A stretch of 64,000 bases of DNA. It comes from Scyliorhinus canicula. Its lineage: Eukaryota. Under the pieces are notes generated by a model. That model saw only the letters and a program-made list of their open reading frames with translations, was not told the origin of the DNA and searched no databases. Within the stretch, counting starts at the first letter, position 1; each line of letters starts with the position of its first letter. A program made the translations under genes and the position numbers. Of this stretch, positions 1-11,500 are shown piece by piece. The DNA lies in NCBI RefSeq assembly GCF_902713615.1, contig NC_052161.1, positions 52,332,528 to 52,396,527 on the forward strand. Direction: 5' to 3'.

Positions 1-520
1 CGTCATATGACGTCAGCCGCGCATGCGCGGATTGGAAGACTCCAACCCGCGCATGCGCGGATGACGTCATCGCGTATTTGCGCGAAACCCACGCATGCGC
101 GGGCCGGGATGCCCCTCAGCCGCCCCGCGAATGGATACTGCGGGGTGGCGGAAGGACAAATAGTGCGCGGGCATCGGGCCCGCTGCCCGCGATCGGTGCC
201 CACTGATCGCAGGCCCATGGCACCCTTGGCACGGCCGTGGTACTGCCGTGCCAATCGGTGCCATGGTTATAAAAAGCGAGTTGTTCCCGCCGTTTTTACG
301 AACGGCCAGACCAGGTCTGTTTGCCGTTCGTAAAAACAGCGTAAAGGGCTGGGACTTCGGCCCATCGAACAGCTGTGAATCGCTGCCGGCCGTAAAAAAA
401 CGGCGGCAGCGATTCGTGTCGGGAGTTGGGCGGCGGGAGAATAGCGGGAGGGCGGGAAAAATGTCGGGAAGGCCCTCCCGCTATTCTCCGACCCGTTGTG
501 GGGGTCGGAGAATTTCGCCC
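1..520. mobile_element. GC-rich PIF/Harbinger-type MITE, cut by the window edge; same family as 49025-49553 in the opposite orientation
   Basis: Ends GGAGAATTTCGCCC. Internal sequence is the reverse complement of segments of the 49025 copy. Confidence 0.75.
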
Positions 521-1104
521 AGAATGTCTCAGCACAAGGGATAGCCCAGGAAAATGCTGGAAAATCTGGCAGGCCATTGAGGGATGAAGGAAAGCACTGT
601 GGTGTCCCTGTTGCACTGTTAAATTGTTAAATTGTAGTGAGCTCAGGTCTAATAGGTGTCAATTGGCTCATGAGTGAGCTTAATTGTTATCCTGCTGCCC
701 TATAGGAATTGCACATCAGCCCCTTAATCAGGGTTAGGTTTTTGCCCCTGCCAGGAGACTAATGCAAGATTTTTCCCATTATTAAGAAAGCCATGCCATT
801 ATGTTTCAGTGCAATTAGTGTAATGCAATGGGCTGCATTAAATCAGCCCAATTATTTGAATGTTAATTGTATTTTAAGGAACATATGTAATCAGTAGCAG
901 GAACAGAGACTGTAAAGTCATTACCTTGTGTTCTCAATGTAGTCATGTATCCTGGAAGCTATTTTACCAAAATAGCAAAAATAGTAGTATTGTGATAAAA
1001 CTATTAATGTTGTGTACAAAATTTATGAACACAGTATTCACTGTTTGTTTCCCTTTTCTCTGACTTTATATTACGCCACCCCACAGCCACCTGTTGGGGG
1101 TCTT

Positions 1105-1230
1105 ATCTTGTTTAATATGGGTATCAGGGGTTATGGGGAGAAGGCAGGAGAATGGGAATGAGAAACATATCAGCCATGATTGAGTGGTGGAAGAGACTCG
1201 ATGGGCTGCTGCTCCTATGTCTTACTGCCA
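1105..1230 (+). mobile_element. CR1 LINE 3' end fragment (approximate)
   Basis: ggtatcaggggttatggggagaaggcaggagaatggg...atcagccatgattga matches the tail of the CR1 at about 37710-37790. Confidence 0.7.
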
Positions 1231-2720
1231 TATGGGTGGCCTGAACAAGCAGAGAGTGGGACTCCACCCCTGAGTGAGAGGAAGCACCGCCCTGAAGAGC
1301 TGTCAGCCAGGCAGATGGCCTGCAGTTTCAGCAGTCCCAGCAGTGCCAGAACTCAGTAGTGGACGCTACTGGGACTGCAAGGAAGCCTACCGGGATGGAA
1401 GATGGACACGGACCAAGCTTAATCCTGGTCTTTTAGAACAGGGAGGGATCAGGCATCCTAGAGAGGGAGCGAGGATGATGGAGTGTTGGCTTTGGAGGCC
1501 AGTCAGGGAGGCACAAAATGGGAGGCATGGTCTTCAAGGAAGTGCTCCCGATACGTACATGGCACATTCCAAATGCTGTATGCCCTCTTCCTTCCTGGCT
1601 TTTCACCAACTTTGGCGACATAAACAGCCTTTTCAGCTGGGCATGCCTGCCACTACCCAGTATATTATCACAGTGGAAACGGATTGAGGGCCTTAACTGG
1701 GTAACAATTGGTGACTTAAGGGCTCACTCAGCCTCAGGGCAGGTGGGCATGTGGGCACCTTGCCCACCCTCATATTATGGGGAATGAGTCAGGAGTTGGT
1801 CGGAGGATGGAGAGCGAGCGACCCAACATATTTTATGTGGAACCCACCGTTCCAAATCTTGCCCTTGCCAGATTTCCAGCAGGGTCTGTAAATTCCAGCA
1901 CTTTGTCATTCGGGAGAGTAAAGGAGGCCTGTAGGTCATGAAAGTAAAGATAACGTTGGTATTTAAACTAAAGCCTTTTACTCTGTCATATAGTTTTGTA
2001 ACATTTAATATGTCACCGGCATAAAAGTAGAGTTCCCTGAATACTCTTGTGAGTAGATACTTGACATGGTCATCTCTTCTCTCACAAGAGAATGGCATTG
2101 CTAGTTAATAACTCCTTTCAGCAAGGTACCAGTCGTGACAGGATATCTGGTACATTTGTCCAATATTTCAGCTGCTTCAATTGTTGGTCATTTTATTTAT
2201 GAGTTTTGCAAATATAGGTGAAATCTTTCTAACCTATAATTAATAGTGAAAAATTCAATAAAATACATTAAATAATGATGTCTTGGTCAGTTTACATAAT
2301 GACACTTGAATGCTGCATCAAAATGGTTGTGGTTGACATGAATCTTTTAAATAATTTACAATTTTAGAAACCAGCAATGTAAGATACAATATTGAGTCTC
2401 TCGGAGTCTAAAGTGTTGCATTATTCACATCGCAGGATTCAGTTTACCTGATGTCTCAAAACAACAACCCAGCCAAACTTTGTTCATTAGAAGATTGTCA
2501 AGTTCAAAAAACATATAAAATTATTAGCCAAGTTCCATGTAATGTGCTCATGATTACACGAATAAACAAATTATTTATTGTATGAACTTTTATATTTTGA
2601 TCAGTGTCAGGCGCTTGCTATGAAAATGTGAATATACTTTCCTCCTGCAAAATGTGAACAATCCTGTCATATGCTATAAATTATACAAGAACAATTGATT
2701 TCTGAAGCATCCTTGGAAAT

Positions 2721-3036
2721 TGTGGTGAATCACAGTAGCGTAATTCACACTGTATTACACATGTTGTACTATGTCTCTGTAGGCTCAGCACACGCGCAGT
2801 TGCGCTGCTCTGCCACTAAGGGGAGATGCACTGGGAGCGTACGGGAGTTTGTACTGGGCTCCACCCTTGGCTCCACCCACGGCTCCTCCCCCTAACCAGA
2901 AGTATAAAGGTTGATGCTGAGAGCCTGCCTGCCAGTTCATCTGGAGTTCATCTTGTCACAGGCAGGCTCTGTTGTAAGACGATTAAAACCACTGTTCGCT
3001 TCTAACCACGTGTCGCGTGAATTGATGGTCTCATCA
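2721..3036 (+). mobile_element. Solo LTR of the same Gypsy lineage as 8526-12457
   Basis: TGTGGTGAAT...CATCA ends; TSD GAAAT (2716-2720, 3037-3041); TATAAA at 2903; ATTAAA inside 2975-2987. Confidence 0.92.
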
Positions 3037-3101
3037 GAAATAATCTAGTTTTATTTTGTGAGCTTAGTAATATCTGAAACATAAATATTTACTCTATACA
3101 T

Positions 3102-3305
3102 GGGCGACACGGTGCCACAGTGGTTAGCACTGCTGCATCATGCCGCCGAGGGCCCAGGTTTGATCCCGGCCCCAAGTCACTGTCCGTGTGGAGTTGGCAC
3201 ATTCTCCCCATTTCTGCGTTGGTCTCACCCCCACAACCCAAAGATGCACAGGGCATGTGGATTGGCCATGCTAAATTGTCCCTTAATTGGAAAAATTTAT
3301 AAAAA
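3102..3305 (+). mobile_element. tRNA-derived V-SINE, short subfamily ending cccttaattggaaaaa
   Basis: tRNA-like A/B-box head, central gtgtggagttggcacattctcccc, A-rich tail; near-identical copies at 24486, 37991 and 54284. Confidence 0.85.
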
Positions 3306-4094
3306 TACAATGTATTATATAAGCTGGTATAGCTACATAATTAAAGCCTTATGGCGAGCATGCAACTATCTGCCCTTGAAAAGCATCACACCTCATAAAT
3401 ATCACACTTCAAAGCATTTTACATCCAAAAGTTAATGATTGGCTGAAAATATCAGCCCTGAAGTTGACGATCAGGTATCCATCTAAAACAATCTGAACAG
3501 ATCCAAAAGACAAAGAACGAAACAGAAACATCGCAAAAAAAAAACAAAGTGATCATAGCCCTAACCTTTTCTCAAAGTTTTTATTGGACTATAGTGTCTC
3601 ACTGCTGTGGTAATGTCTCATCGATGAGGAGCTTGAGATTTGTATGGTCAAACATAAACCGTTTATTGTTAGTCGTTAATTATTTACAGATCCTATGTTA
3701 CTGCCTTGCATGCTGCTGCTACCATACAGGTTGGCTGCTTATAAAGAATCTTCTAACCTTGCTCTGCTAAGTATCTGTACATTACAATTGCATGCACACA
3801 ATATCACAGCATCCCCTTTTCTTATCTACAGAAAATATTCCTCCCTTCACACCAGAGTATTATAATGCAATCTTTACTTGCTATCTCCTTTCCCACCATC
3901 TCAAGTATCTAGCTTAATGAATTCAGATAGTCTTGTGTCCTGACTGTTCTTCCACATTTTGATCATGATTGGTACTCTGTGTTTCTGCTACTTGTTCATC
4001 TCCATTAGGTTTGTTTTCTGCTCTCCTTCAAGTTGCATTTCTCTTTGTTAACAGCCTACCAGCTTTTGACACTGTGGGTTTGTCCTAGTCCTTC

Positions 4095-5387
4095 TGACAG
4101 GTATGTGAACTCTGTTTACTCAAAGAGTGGACTTGAATTTTCCTTTTCCATGGTGCCCTCCATGTGTTAGCTGGGCATCTATGTTACACGAATGGAACCT
4201 TCATTTCCACCTGCGTCAAAATCTCAGCCAAACATTTCTTTGCTGTTTTATTTTGAAACTGTTTTGCAAGCTTACGAATCTTTTCATTCAGCTTAATTTT
4301 TCTCAGTGCATCTGAGACATCCAGTGCTTTTTCCTCTACTAGGGTTTTGGCCAAGGGAGGCATCATGGCCGGTACAGGCTTGGAGGGCCGAAGGGCCTGT
4401 TCCCGTGCAGTATTGTTCTTTGCTCTTAGTGCTTTGCGATTCAGGGTTAGATTATAGTTTCTGATTTTATTTCTGTCTTCTCATTCTCTGTCTGCAGCTG
4501 GGAAAGTTATTTGACTTTTCCTTTCAATGTCTCCTCTTTTCCATTCAACTGCTTCTTCTGTCTGTTTCTTGAAGCTTTTGGCTTCCTCCTGGAGTATGCA
4601 ACATTGTTGAGTCTGCTCTGCCCACTGGTTCTTTAGTGTGCGCAGAGTGCAAACTCATTTCGCTTCTCTTCGTAATCTTCCAGAGAAATAAACCTTGACA
4701 AAGGGATTCTTATAGGACATGGAGGTCTTTACAAATGTTTCTGTTTGCATTGCGAAGCTTATTTGCTTCATCTTCAGATTTCCTGCAATTCAACCAAAAG
4801 TTTCCTCGAGTTTCTTCCATTCTGCTGTTTAAAACCGTCTTAATTTCTTCACATTGCTGAATGGTCACACACGTTGTGCATTCAATCTCCAAAGGCAATC
4901 AACGTTTCTTTCAACTGTTTATTTTCTTGTTGATCTCTTGCCACTCACTCTGGACTTCAGTGTATTGTTTTGTTCTAATGCAGCTTTTTCTGAAGTCATT
5001 TTCAACATCCTTTGTAGCTCCTCATGTATTTTCATGGCTAAATATTGATTCTTTAAAGGAACTTTCAGAGTCACAACTTCTTTTTGTGTCTTTTTGGCCT
5101 GCTGATTTGCCTGGCTGTTTGCCCAACTCCTGCTTTGATTTGTCAACTATGGCCTTGAGGATCATTATTTCTTCTTTGTACCTTTCTGTCATCTCAGGAA
5201 TTTGTTTGTTCAGTTCTCAAACAGTTTGGCTCCCTTACTCTGGGTTCTTTCATTGTCCTTTCTCTGGGGTCCCTCGTTCCTCTTGGCGTGTTATTTGGAT
5301 TGTGCTAGTCCACTCTTGTGAGATTCTTTGAACTTTTTGCTTTGGGAGATTTGGCATTCATTCGGGATCCTCGCAATTGTGGGCCAT
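4095..5387 (-). pseudogene. Disrupted coiled-coil-like ORF of unknown family within the outer LTR element
   Basis: Charged, heptad-like ORF pieces (4919..5146, 4710..4898, 4184..4366) separated by stops and frameshifts. A CR1 tail is inserted at about 4350-4410. Confidence 0.4.
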
Positions 5388-6137
5388 GTCTTAAAACTTT
5401 TTATTTCAAGTTCCAAAATAGCAGCAGTTCTTTTCTGGGGGATTAATAATTCTGTTTTTTCTTTTTACCTCTGTAAGTGTTTTTGCTCTTTGTGAACGCC
5501 CCACACTTTGTAAGTTTTGGCGGGCTCATGGTCAACTGAGGCCCTTTCCATGTTGGTTTTAAGATTAAGTCTGCACTTTGCCAAAGATGGAGAGTTTGTT
5601 AAAGAGGGAGCTGAACACAGTTGCTCTGAAAGCTTTGGGATACGCAGGGGGTGGGTGTATTAGCTAAGGGCAGAGTTATGAGACGGATTCAGGAATAGTT
5701 TTTGTCAAAATCAATTATAAAAGCCAGGTTAATGCAAATAAAAAAAGATTAAGTCTGCAGGCCTCAGAGGTTCAAACAAATGAAGATCTGTATTAGAAGA
5801 TGTTCAACACTACAGACTGCTGTGTTACACTGCCCATTTGCCCGCTCAAATGACTGACTTGATCTTAAAGTGCCCCTGTTCCATTGCAAAGCTGCTTGTG
5901 AGGAAACACAAGAAATACCATGAATATACAGCATTTTAATCCCTCTTTAAATCAAAGATCCCCGACACAATAAACCACCTAAAATTTACATTAATCATCA
6001 ACAACAGTCAATACGTCAGATATTCCAGAGGCATTTGTTCTCTGTGTGGTTGCCGTCAGACCTCGGCGTCTGCCTTTTAGTGCTTGCTGCAACCTCTGGT
6101 GTCTTTAACTTGGTTTGAATGACATTCATGATTGCCT

Positions 6138-6974
6138 TCACCGGAGCTGACGTAATGCTCTGAGGTTGATTGAGTGTCTGGTTCTCAGCTGAGCTGCTGA
6201 TTTCCCCCCAATTGGTTTGGTTAATGTCAAGTTCTCGGGAAGGCCCAGGTCGCCTCTTGGCATAGCATATTTTGAATTCTCTTTCAGCTCCGTCTCTGCC
6301 AGATTGGTTCTTGTCATCAAATGTTGATCCACATGACTCCTCCATATTATATCATCTCGGGTTTGTACGGTGTGGGAGACCGGTCCTGTCCGTGCTAAAA
6401 TGGTTGCAGAAATCCACCTTTTTACTTGTGATATCGTTCCTTCCCAGAACCTTTTGGCCTTCGTGAAAAACAAGACGTTTTGCCTTGTTCTCCCACCATA
6501 AGATGTGATCCTGCTGCTTTTTCTCGACAATTTATTTTGTCTTGGGGGGCTTTTAGAAAATCAAATGCTGTGTGTAGCTGATGTCAAACCATTAGCAATG
6601 CCGGAAAACCTGGGTTGTTGAGTGCACAGTATTCCTGTATATGAGCAGGAATTAGTTTAAGCGTTTAGATAATGAATCTTGTTCTCTAGTTACTAATGTT
6701 ACACCGTCTGTATAAAACATTCTGCCAGCCCATTAGTGGCAGGTTGATAAGGAGCGGGTCGGATGTGTTGAATTCCGTTCTCCTTCCAGTAGTGTACGAA
6801 CTCTTGCAAAATTAACTGCGGCTCATTATCGCTCACAAGATTTTCGGGGTAACCAAATCTGTTGACAATTTCATCAAACCTCTCAATTGTTTTCTCCGCT
6901 GACATTGTCTTCATGATGACTACTTCAGGCCACTTCGAGTAAGCATCAACCAGAATTGGAAACATGTCCTTCAA
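6138..6974 (-). pseudogene. Gypsy integrase remnant
   Basis: LVDAYSKWPEV...FGYPENLVSDNEPQ...PAPYQPATNGLAECFIQTV, plus C-terminal GPVSHTVQ...WRSHVDQ. Confidence 0.85.
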
Positions 6975-7360
6975 ATGGTCCGGTTAATCAACATGCACTC
7001 ATTGCCAGGCCTCTTCTGGTCATTCCCATAGGTGTAATGGGGCTAATGGTGGCAGGTTCCACACTTTTGTGCAAGACGGACATATTTCTGCCTTCTCCTC
7101 AATTTTTGGCATTTAACTTAGGAATTTTGCTTCCAAAGTCTTTCCTCGAAACAACATGTCCATGATGTCTTAGAGTACTGGATCACTTCTGGCATGCTCC
7201 GTAAGTTGTCCTGCGGTTGCAGGAGTGTTATCTACTTGCTCGAAGTAGAAAATATTTCCATGCTTATCGATGAACGATTTGAAGGCTTGATTGATGATAC
7301 TTGATCGTGTATGTGTGTGCCCACCTCTGCATTCTGCTCATTGCCATTGATAGAATTGAT

Positions 7361-7680
7361 GGGCGGCAGAGTGGCACAGTGGTGAGCACTGCTGTCACAT
7401 AGCGCCAGCGACCCGGGTTCAATTCCAACCTTGGGTGACTGTCATTGTAGAGTTTGTATGTTCTTCCCATGACTGCGTGGTTTTCCAAAGGTGCTCCGGT
7501 TTCCTCCCACAGCCCAAAGATGTGCAGGATAGGTGGAGTGGCCATGCTAAAGTCTCCAAAGGTTAGGTAGGATTGCGGAGATGGGGTGGGGAGTGGGCCG
7601 AACAGGTGCTGTTTCAGAGGGTCGGTGCAGACTCGATGGGCCGAATGGCCTCCATCAGCATTGTAGGGATTCTATGAATC
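7361..7680 (+). mobile_element. HE1-like V-SINE, long subfamily, inserted in the Mag-like pol
   Basis: tRNA head, V-domain ggtgctccggtttcctcccacagcccaaagatgtgc, CR1-like tail gggccgaatggcctcc...gggattctatg. Confidence 0.88.
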
Positions 7681-7689
7681 TCGGTATGA

Positions 7690-8100
7690 GTTCCAAGAAT
7701 CACTGTTAATGGACGATGATGCATCAATAAAATGAATTTGCTCCCATACAGGAATTGATAGAACCAGTTTATTCCAAAAATTATTCCTAGGGTTTCTTTC
7801 ACTATCTGTGTATAATTGCTTTCGGCTTTATTCTGGCTCCTGGACGCAAAGGCTATCAGCTTCTCTTCACCTGTGGGCATTATGCAAGAAACCACCACCC
7901 CAACCCAATAAAGTGATGTCAGTTGCAGAGGTAAATCTGAATCAAAATGTGTCAGAACTTCTGACTTGAGTAGCACTTCTTTGGCTTGTACGAATGCTCT
8001 TTCACAATGATCCACCCATGTCCACTTTTTATTTTGACACAGTAAATTGTGTAAGAGTTTTAGATTCTCATCAAATGCTCCCACAGCGCCAAATTCTCCT
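7690..8100 (-). pseudogene. Gypsy RT-connection/RNase H remnant
   Basis: KKWTWVDHCERAFVQAKEVL...LTHFDSDLPL...IAFASRSQNKAESNYTQIVKETLGIIFG...FILLMHHRPL. Confidence 0.85.
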
Positions 8101-8525
8101 GCCAGTTTTCACTATGGGAAGGATTTGCGTGCGCATGATGCGCCATGAATGTTTAGCACCACCTTGCTTCATTTTCCCCCAAAACGAGGCAAACCTGAGC
8201 TCAGCCTATTTCCCTTTTGTGTTACATCATCCCCCAGCTCTCAGTTTGTTGTATGATTCTTGCTGCTCCCAGTGGTCCCAGTGCTGTTACAGATCATTTC
8301 CGGCAGAGCTTCTCTCCAAGGTTGTTTTCTTCGGATTCTTTGATTATTTTATGGTTCCTCCGTTGGCTGCAGCCTTTGTTTGGCTCCCCTGTTGCTGGCT
8401 TTCATATAGCGATAATTTCAATCATATATTTTTCTTTTCAGGTGCCCACAAATGTTGTTCGACTCTTTGATTTTCAGGCTGCTATGTTACACTGCCTGTT
8501 TGCCCGCGCAAACGGCCGATGTCCT

Positions 8526-11500
8526 TGTGGTGAATTATATGCCATCGTAATTCACACTGTATTCCCTTGCATGTATTGTGTCCTTATGGGCTCTGTATAT
8601 GAGCCGTTGCGCGGCTCTGCCCATAGGGGGAGATGAGGAGTTTGTACTGGGCTCCACCCTTGGCTCCACCCATGGCTCCTCCCACTAACCGGAAGTATAA
8701 AGCACTGCAGCCGTAAGCCTGCTCTCAGTTCCTCTGGTCGCAGGCTGGCTTAGTTGTAAGACTATTAAAACCACAGTTTACTTCCAATCACGTGTCTAGT
8801 AAATTGATGGTCACATCAATTTAATAGTCTTAGAAAACTTGAAGAAAACTACTATGGAATCAGCCCTCAAACCTGACCAACTAGAACTCGACCCGCAGGC
8901 TGCAGAGGCGAAATAAATCTTTCTACACTGGCTCAGATGTTTCAAGGCCTACCTGGCTGACTCAAGCACTTCAGAAACTACGGAGGAGTGAGCCATCGTA
9001 TCTCTACGCAACTTAACTGTACTACCTCGTATACGAAGGCCCTGGCCATGCTCGACCGCATGTACGTGCGGCCCATCATCGAGGTCTACGCGCACCATAT
9101 TTTCATGACCCGCCGCTAGCGCCCCGCGGAGTCGCTGGAAGACTTTCTGCACGATTTAAAAGCCCTAGCTCGGGACTGCAATTTTCAGGCTGTATCAGCC
9201 GCCCAGCATATGGAACTCGCAGTCCGTGATGTATACGTGGCAGGGCTCAGGTCCAACTATGTGTGCCAATGGTTGCTTGAGAAAGGGGCCCAGAACTTGG
9301 AGGACACTGTAGAGTTAGCTACAACCATGGAGGTCTCGTTCCGCAGCCTCACCTCGTTCCCCGCAGACAAAGCGACCCCATCATGGGCCCCCGACCAGCG
9401 ACTGCCCCAGGCCTGCGCTGTGCGGCCACCCAACCACTATGCAGCACCAGCGTGCCATTTTTGTGGGCAGCCCCAACACACACGGCAGCACTGCCCGGCC
9501 CGCAACACGACCTGCAGCAGCTGCGGTCGCAAAGGACACTATGCCCGGGTATGCCTAGCGAAGAAAACGCCAAACTCTCCCGTGGCCCAGAGCACTTGAT
9601 TCCCAAACTCACAGGCCCGCAGGCCCCGTAATGCTGCGTCTTGTATGCCGACTCCGCCCCCACCCGACATGTGTGACTCATGGGGGCTGCCATCTTGGCA
9701 ACCCTCCTCTATGTGGCCGGCCACGTGCGACTCATGGGGGCCGCCATCTTGAACGCATCTTCCTCGCCGCCCGCCACATGCGATCCACGGGGGCGGCCAT
9801 CTTGGGCTCCATCCTCTCCAACCTCTGAAACTCATCTCGAAGACTACGACCTCAGCGGACAGTCATCACTGGGCCACTCCAGCACAGCTGATCGAGCCGC
9901 CGACTACCCGCAACTCAGCGCGGTCACGTTGGACCAGTCGCGTCCGAAACACCTCCGGAACTCTGTGATGACTGTTAAAATCAACGGGTACAGGACACCG
10001 TGCCTCTTCGACTCCAGGTGCACCGAGAGCTTCGTACACCCTGAACTGGTAAGACGCTGTTCGCTCCCTATCTTCCCTGCACGGAAAACTATCTCCCTCG
10101 CCTCGGGCTCACACTCTGTTCGTGACCCTAACGATTCAAGGCGCTGGCTATTCTAATTTCCAGCTGTACGTACTCCCCGAACTCTGCGCCCCACTCTTAC
10201 TGGGACTCGACTTCCAGTGCAACCTCAAAAGCCTCACACTCAGCTTCGGCGGACCCCTACCTCCACTCACTATCTGCAGTCTAGCGACGCTAAAAATAGA
10301 CCCCCCTCCACTCTTCGCTAACCTCACTCCGGACTGCAAACCCATAGCCACTCGCAGCAGGCGGTATAGCCTGCAGGACAGGGTGTTTATCAGAACCGAG
10401 GTCCAGAGGCTCCTACGTGAGGGGGTCATAGAGGCCAGTAACAGTCCCTGGAGAGCTCAGGTGGTGTTCGTCAAGACCGGGGAAAAATTCCGAATGGTAC
10501 TGGACTATAGCCAAACCATTAACTGGTTTACACTCCTCGATGCGTACCTCCTCCTCAGGATTTCAGACATGGTGAATCAGATCGCCCAGTACCGTATCGT
10601 CTCCACGGTTGATCTGAAGTCTGCATACCACCAGCTCCCAAATCGCCCGGAGGACCGCCACTACACAGCGTTCGAGGCAGATGGCCACCTCTTCCATTTC
10701 CTCCGGGTTCACTTTGGCGTCACGAATGGGGTCTCGGTGTTCCAACGAGCAATGGACCGAATGATGGACCAGTACGGGCTGCGGGCCATGTTTCCGTACT
10801 TGGATAACGTCACCATCTGCGGCCATGATCAGCAGGACCACGATGCCAACCTCCATCGATTTCTCCAGACTGCCCAGAAACCTAACCTCACGTATAACAC
10901 GGAGAAATGCGTTTTACGCACGACCAGACTAGCCATCCTCACCCGGACCGTATGCGCCTGAAAGCTATCCACAATGACCAATGCCACCCGGGGGTCACCC
11001 GGCTCGCCCACTATGTCAAAGCCCGAAATCTGCCTTTCTCCACCGAGGAGGTAAAAGCCATCACCAGGGATTGCCCGATCTGCGCAGAGCGCAAACCGCA
11101 CTTCTATAGACCAGATAAGGCCCACGTGGTAAAGGCATCCCGGCCCTTTGAACGCCTGAGCATCGATTTTAAAGAGCCACTCCCCTCGACCAATCGGAAT
11201 GTGTACTTTCTGAACGTCATCGATGAGTTCTCCCGCTTCCCGTTTGCTATCCCGTGCCCCGATATGACCTCCCACACAGTCATCAGAGCTCTGCACAGTA
11301 TCTTCACCCTGTTCAGTTTCCCCAGCTACGTACACAGCGACAGGGGTTCGTCCTTTATGAGCGGTGAGCTGCGTCAGTACCTGCTCGACAAGGGCATCGC
11401 CTTGAGCAGGACTACCAGCTATAACCCCAGGGGGAACGGGCAGGTGGAGAGGGAGAACGCAATGGTCTGGAAGACCGTCCTACTGACCCTCCGGTCCAGG

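Noticed and set aside
1775-2098. 107-aa ORF MPFSCERR...
   Set aside because: No recognisable motif or splice context; it partly overlaps degraded repeat sequence.
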